Below, in pieces: positions 33,354-41,734 of a stretch of 41,734 bases of DNA. The notes below the pieces were generated by a model that saw only the letters and a list, made by a program, of their open reading frames with translations, did no database searches and was not told the DNA's origin. The position numbers were made by a program, and so were the translations under genes. Position 1 is the stretch's first letter; each line of letters begins with the position of its first letter. The DNA lies in NCBI GenBank assembly GCA_031835245.2, contig JAVKOQ020000112.1:124001-165734 (forward strand), written 5' to 3'. This DNA is from Balamuthia mandrillaris. Its lineage: Eukaryota.

Positions 33354-34866
33354 ATGCAAAAGAGAAAGAAGGCAGAAGAGAAAGAAGAGCCATCCTGTTC
33401 TTCTTTTGCGGTGGTGCTTCAGCCCGCGCGAAGCGCTTCTTCTGCCAACGAAGCGAACGACGTCTCCTCTGGCCAGATCTCGTTGCCGTTGAACGGAAGC
33501 CAAGCCTTGGTGGTGGTGCTGGGAAGAGGTCAGCTTTTGGGGATCGCGGATAAGCAGGTTTCACGCCGGCAGGCAACTCTTTGCTGGTCCGATCGTTCTG
33601 CTCCCTCCTTGCTCTTAACAGTGGTTCGTTTCTCTCTTTCTCTTTCTCTTTCAGCTCACAGCAAGAAAAACTAACACGCCGTGCGTTACAAAGGAAGGAA
33701 AGAATCCTATGCAAGTGCAGAAGCAGCAATCGATTGGAAGAAAGCAGCAGCAAAAGTTATTGCGCCAAGGACAAAGCGAAGAGCTGACAGAGGGCGATAC
33801 CTTCTGTTTGGTGGCCAACCTTTATCCTTTCCGCGTTCATTTTCAGCCCACCGCTCCTCCTACTCTAGGAGTGGAAGAAGCAGCTGCCTCAGAGCCAAAG
33901 AACAAACGACAGCAACTCGCTGGACAAAAGCGTAAAACCATTTCTTCATCAGCTTCATCTTCTTCTTTATCTTCAGCCTCAGCTTCAACTGCAACGACCA
34001 CAGAACTCCATAAGAAAAGAAAAATGGATTCCTCCGCCAAAGTCACCTACGAACAAAAGCACAACGAAGAAGACCAGGAGGAGGAAGAACAAAAAGCACC
34101 ATTGACAAAGAGAGTAGGAGAGGACAAGGAGGAGGAGCAGGAAGAAGGAGCGTTTTGCATTGCCGTTCCTTCTATCAGCACCAACACCTTTCAATTCGAT
34201 ATGGAACAAGCAGCGGAGGTGGCCTGTCGTGTGATATCCGACTTTCTGCAAAAGCACAAACAAGAGAAGCGTCTTCGGGTGGTGCTCGTGGATTTCTCTC
34301 CTCATTCAAGTTGCTTGCAGATCTTTCGGAAGGTAGGTTTTGTTTCTGATGATAGAAGATATAAGAAGAGGAGACAAAGAGACTAAACGAAGTAGATGAA
34401 AGAGGAGAAGAATACAAGAAGAAGAAGATAGAGGAGAGCGATGAAGAGCGAAAGAGTTGGAGAGAGAATAGAGTTGACAAGAGACACTAACACATAGATG
34501 GTTTTTTGTTACACAAGCGTTACAAAGAAACAGGAGGAGATTCGAGATTCATCATCACACATGGGGATATAACCCGAATGAAAACCGGCGCTGCCGGTAT
34601 TGCTTGCCGCTTCATCGTCAATCCGACAAACAAATGGTACTCCATTCCACATCATAACAAAAACAAAAAAAAACTAACAAACATGATAAAAGGTTTTCAG
34701 GCAAAGGCAGCGGAGTAAACAAAGCCATTCATGATGCCGCTGGTCCTTGTTTGTTGACAGAAACGAAGCGATTGCATGGCGATAAGCCTAAACTCAGTGT
34801 TGCTTATCCTGTGCAGTTACCTCAGAGCTCACCTTTAAGACAAAGGGAGGGTGTACATTATGTATG

Positions 34867-34897
<31 letters not shown>

Positions 34898-35379
34898 GTT
34901 TTACTCGTTTTTGCTCTTTTTCTTCTTGTTTTTCTTTTCCGATGATAACTAATGCTTTTGTTTTGAGTAAAGTGTATTCATGTATTAGGACCAAATATGA
35001 ACCCCCAAAGACCGTTTTGTTTGAACGGTGATTATGACAAGGGCCGTAAATATCTTGCTGATTGCTATACCTCCGTTCTCGAATGTTTCTACCAGTTGTG
35101 CACGTCTTCTTCCTCTTCTTCTTCCTCTTCCTCTTCTGTTTCTTCTTCTTCACAAGGTTTTCCTCCTGGCTTCTGTTTATTTTTGCATCACCTATGAGAA
35201 TCTAATCCTTTGAAAAAGAAGAACCCAAAAACGCTTTTGGCATATTAATGGCGAAAAAGCCAGCAACACCAACAGCTGCTTCCCATTCTGCATTACAAGC
35301 TCAAAAAGCTGCTCCAAGCAAGGGAGGAGGCGGAGGATGGAGCGGTCTTTTGGCCGACTATATATTGCATCCAGGTTGT

Positions 35380-35420
<41 letters not shown>

Positions 35421-36179
35421 TTCTGACCTCACGTCTAACTGAATCTATTTCTCCTTTAAGAGCAACACTCAGAGGCAGTGGTGTCTCATGACGACAAGAC
35501 CGTGGTCATAAAAGACAAGTTCCCAAAAGCCAAATATCACTTCCTCGTGATGCCAGCCCAACTCGTGGAGGGATTCTCCTCCCTCTCCGTCGATGACGTT
35601 CCTATGCTTGCTGCTCTGGTTGAACGAGGGCATGACCTTGTCAAAGAGTATTGTCTTTCTTCTTCCTCGTTCTTCTTTTTCTCCTCTTTCTCTGGCAAAA
35701 CGTATTCACATTCAAGAAAAAAAAGAATACAAGCGAAAGAGCCATCTGCAGAGTTTCGCCTTGGCTTTCATGCCGTTCCCAGTATGAGGTACAATCAAGC
35801 TACCTTCCCATTCTCTCTCTCCCTTCATTCCAGTAACGTGCTGAACAAACAGGCATCTGCACATGCACGTCATCAGCCAAGACTTTGACTCTCCGTGCCT
35901 AAAGAACAAGAAGCATTGGCACAGCTTCATTTCCGCCTTTTTCATTAACGCGGAGGACTTTGTGCAACGGCTTGTCACTGAAGGCCGTATTAAGGTCTCT
36001 TTCTCTTTCTCTGCTCTTACTCTCCGTCTGTCTCACCAACAACCTTTTAGTTTGAGAGGGAACGATACGAAGCAATGTTGAAAGGTGGATTAGCTTGCCA
36101 TCGCTGTTCCTCTCCTCAAAAGACAATCCCAGCCCTCAAAGCGCACATCAAAACATGTTCTCATTACCCAAAAACATAA
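33354..36179 (+). CDS. APTX: Aprataxin-like protein: FHA + circularly permuted macrodomain + HIT + Zn finger
   Basis: PNKP/APTX-type [26 protein letters not shown]. Macro segments: [13 protein letters not shown] then [81 protein letters not shown]. Zn finger: [14 protein letters not shown]. Stop at 36177-36179. Confidence 0.9.
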
Positions 36180-36256
36180 AGCATGTTATTGTGTGCCTTT
36201 GGGCTTCCTGTGTTAACACTGAAAGAACAGGAAGAAGATCAGAGAGGACTCGTTGT

Positions 36257-36788
36257 TTAGACCTTCTCGTAGATCCACTTGGTGTTCTCGTGGTCATAGC
36301 TGACGGCCTCCTTCTCGTTGAACCAGAGGGAGATCTCGTGCTTGGCGCTATCCACAGCATCAGAGCCGTGCACGATGTTCCTGCCAACCTCAACGCAGAG
36401 GTCTCCACGAATGGAGCCAGGGAGGGACTCATCGGGGTTAGTGGCACCCACCAACTTGCGTCCACCAGCAATCACGTTCTTGCCTATTTGTTGTTGATCA
36501 CATCACAGAAGGCGAAGGAGCAAAAGAAAGAACAGATCAGCAACTTTTTAAAACAAGAAACACAGAAACAAACCCTCCCAGATCATGGCGACAACGGGGC
36601 CGCTGGAGAAGTAGTTGACCAATCCGGGGAAGAAGGGCTTGTTGGAGAGGTCAGAGTAGTGCTTGGCGGCAAAGTCCTTGGTGGGGTGCACCACCTTCAA
36701 GGCCACCAGCTTGTAGCCCCTCTTCTCAAAGCGAGCAATGATCTCACCAACCTTTTTAAAAGATGGATCAGAACAAAACCAAAAGGGG

Positions 36789-36821
<33 letters not shown>

Positions 36822-37302
36822 GCGCTAACCAATCCACGTTGAACACCATCAGGCTTGACGGCGATGAAAGTGCGCTCGTGCCTGGTGCCTGGAATGCCAG
36901 TGAGAGGCACGTTGGCAGCCTCCACCTTGTTGTTGCTGTAGGCTGTTCATTTGGATCAGATGAAGAGCAAGAACAAAAAAAAGGCGAGAAGAAAAAAAAA
37001 GGAGGGGGGAAGGAAAGTGAGCGGTACCATAGGCGCCAACAGCGGCGGTGGCCACGGCACCGGCGAGAAGGGTCTCGCGGGACAGGAGGGAGGAGGAGCG
37101 AGCGGCGCTGGAGAAGCCAGTCGAGAAGGCCCTGCTGCTCACTGTTGCAGAGATGAAGTTTTTTTTTTGTTTTTGTGATGTGTTAATCAAATTGTGCGTG
37201 AGAGAAGAGTTTAGAAACAACTTACAAGAAGCCTTGGGCAGAGAACGACCAAGACGAGCAGGAGTGAAGCAGGTCTTGCTTTCCTTCACTGTGTGTTTTG
37301 GT

Positions 37303-37350
<48 letters not shown>

Positions 37351-37454
37351 ACCATTAGTTTCACTCTTTGATCAAACCAGATTTCTTTGAGATTAAAAAA
37401 AAAAAGCAACAAACCGAGGAGAGAGGAAGCTTGACGACGGGTGTTGGTGAACAT
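36257..37454 (-). CDS. ndk: Nucleoside diphosphate kinase with N-terminal mitochondrial-type extension
   Basis: Motifs [50 protein letters not shown] and RNIVHGSD (catalytic His). Basic/hydroxylated presequence is followed by hydrophobic [14 protein letters not shown]. Confidence 0.95.
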
Positions 37455-37917
37455 GATGATGGCTGTGGTGTGGTGGTGGTTGGTGGGGGCTTCGCTTTTG
37501 TCGAAGAAGAAAAAAAAACCCAAAAAAAAAAATGAAATTAAAAAAAATAGCAAGGAACCCCCTAGGTATACACCCTATTAGATTGTATCCTAATAGCAAT
37601 TCCTTTTTGAGGTCAACCTTTCAGCGAATTTCTATTTTTGGGATGAATTTTTTTTGAAAGTATGAAAACCCATTGGAAGGGAGTTTTCCCAACCAATCCA
37701 ATATCAGACCTTTGGCGGGCGGGTGATCGAAGTATTTTTGCAGACATTGGAAAAGAAAGAAGTGAAATAAAGAGAGAAGAAGGAAGGCCGCTACCAGCTT
37801 TTACTCTTGGTGGTGCTCTATTCGGTCCTTCCTTTCGGCTCTTTTGTATTTATTTTTCTGTTTTTTTGTTTAAAAAAATTTGGGAGATCTTCAAAAGAAG
37901 GAGGTGGAGCAAGTTAG

Positions 37918-41734
<3,817 letters not shown>

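Noticed and set aside
36095..37156. 353-aa + strand ORF
   Set aside because: Antisense shadow of the NDK gene; it runs through microsatellites and has no motifs.
37552..37615. Short inverted repeats (CTATTAG/CTAATAG, AAGGAA/TTCCTT) in the NDK/USP divergent promoter
   Set aside because: Stems of 6-7 bp are expected by chance; no RNA family features.

Overview
Gene-dense, intron-rich eukaryotic DNA. Short GT-AG introns often carry sense-strand (CT)n tracts; the style suggests a free-living amoebozoan, but this is inference only. Genes in order: a universal stress protein (partial), two low-complexity hypothetical proteins, class II fumarase, coatomer gamma, a DUF3592-like membrane protein, a TKL kinase with only its C-lobe present, a Grx-like/DEP/DUF547/RapGAP multidomain gene, a divergent 14-3-3-like gene, a RING/ubiquitin-like/CaaX gene, an FHA/circularly-permuted-macro/HIT/Zn-finger aprataxin, a mitochondrial-type NDP kinase and a DUSP-UBL-USP deubiquitinase (partial). 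The last exon of the 14-3-3-like gene is interrupted by an intact, very young Ty3/Gypsy chromovirus (24464-30293). That element has 319-bp LTRs identical by eye, a 4-bp TSD CTAC and a single gag-pol ORF, and it carries a T10 run where the tRNA primer-binding site should be. A second, 477-bp chromovirus remnant with its own 4-bp TSD lies about 500 bp away. Both insertions sit in a CpG-depleted patch. All exon structures and domain calls were made by eye; no searches were run.
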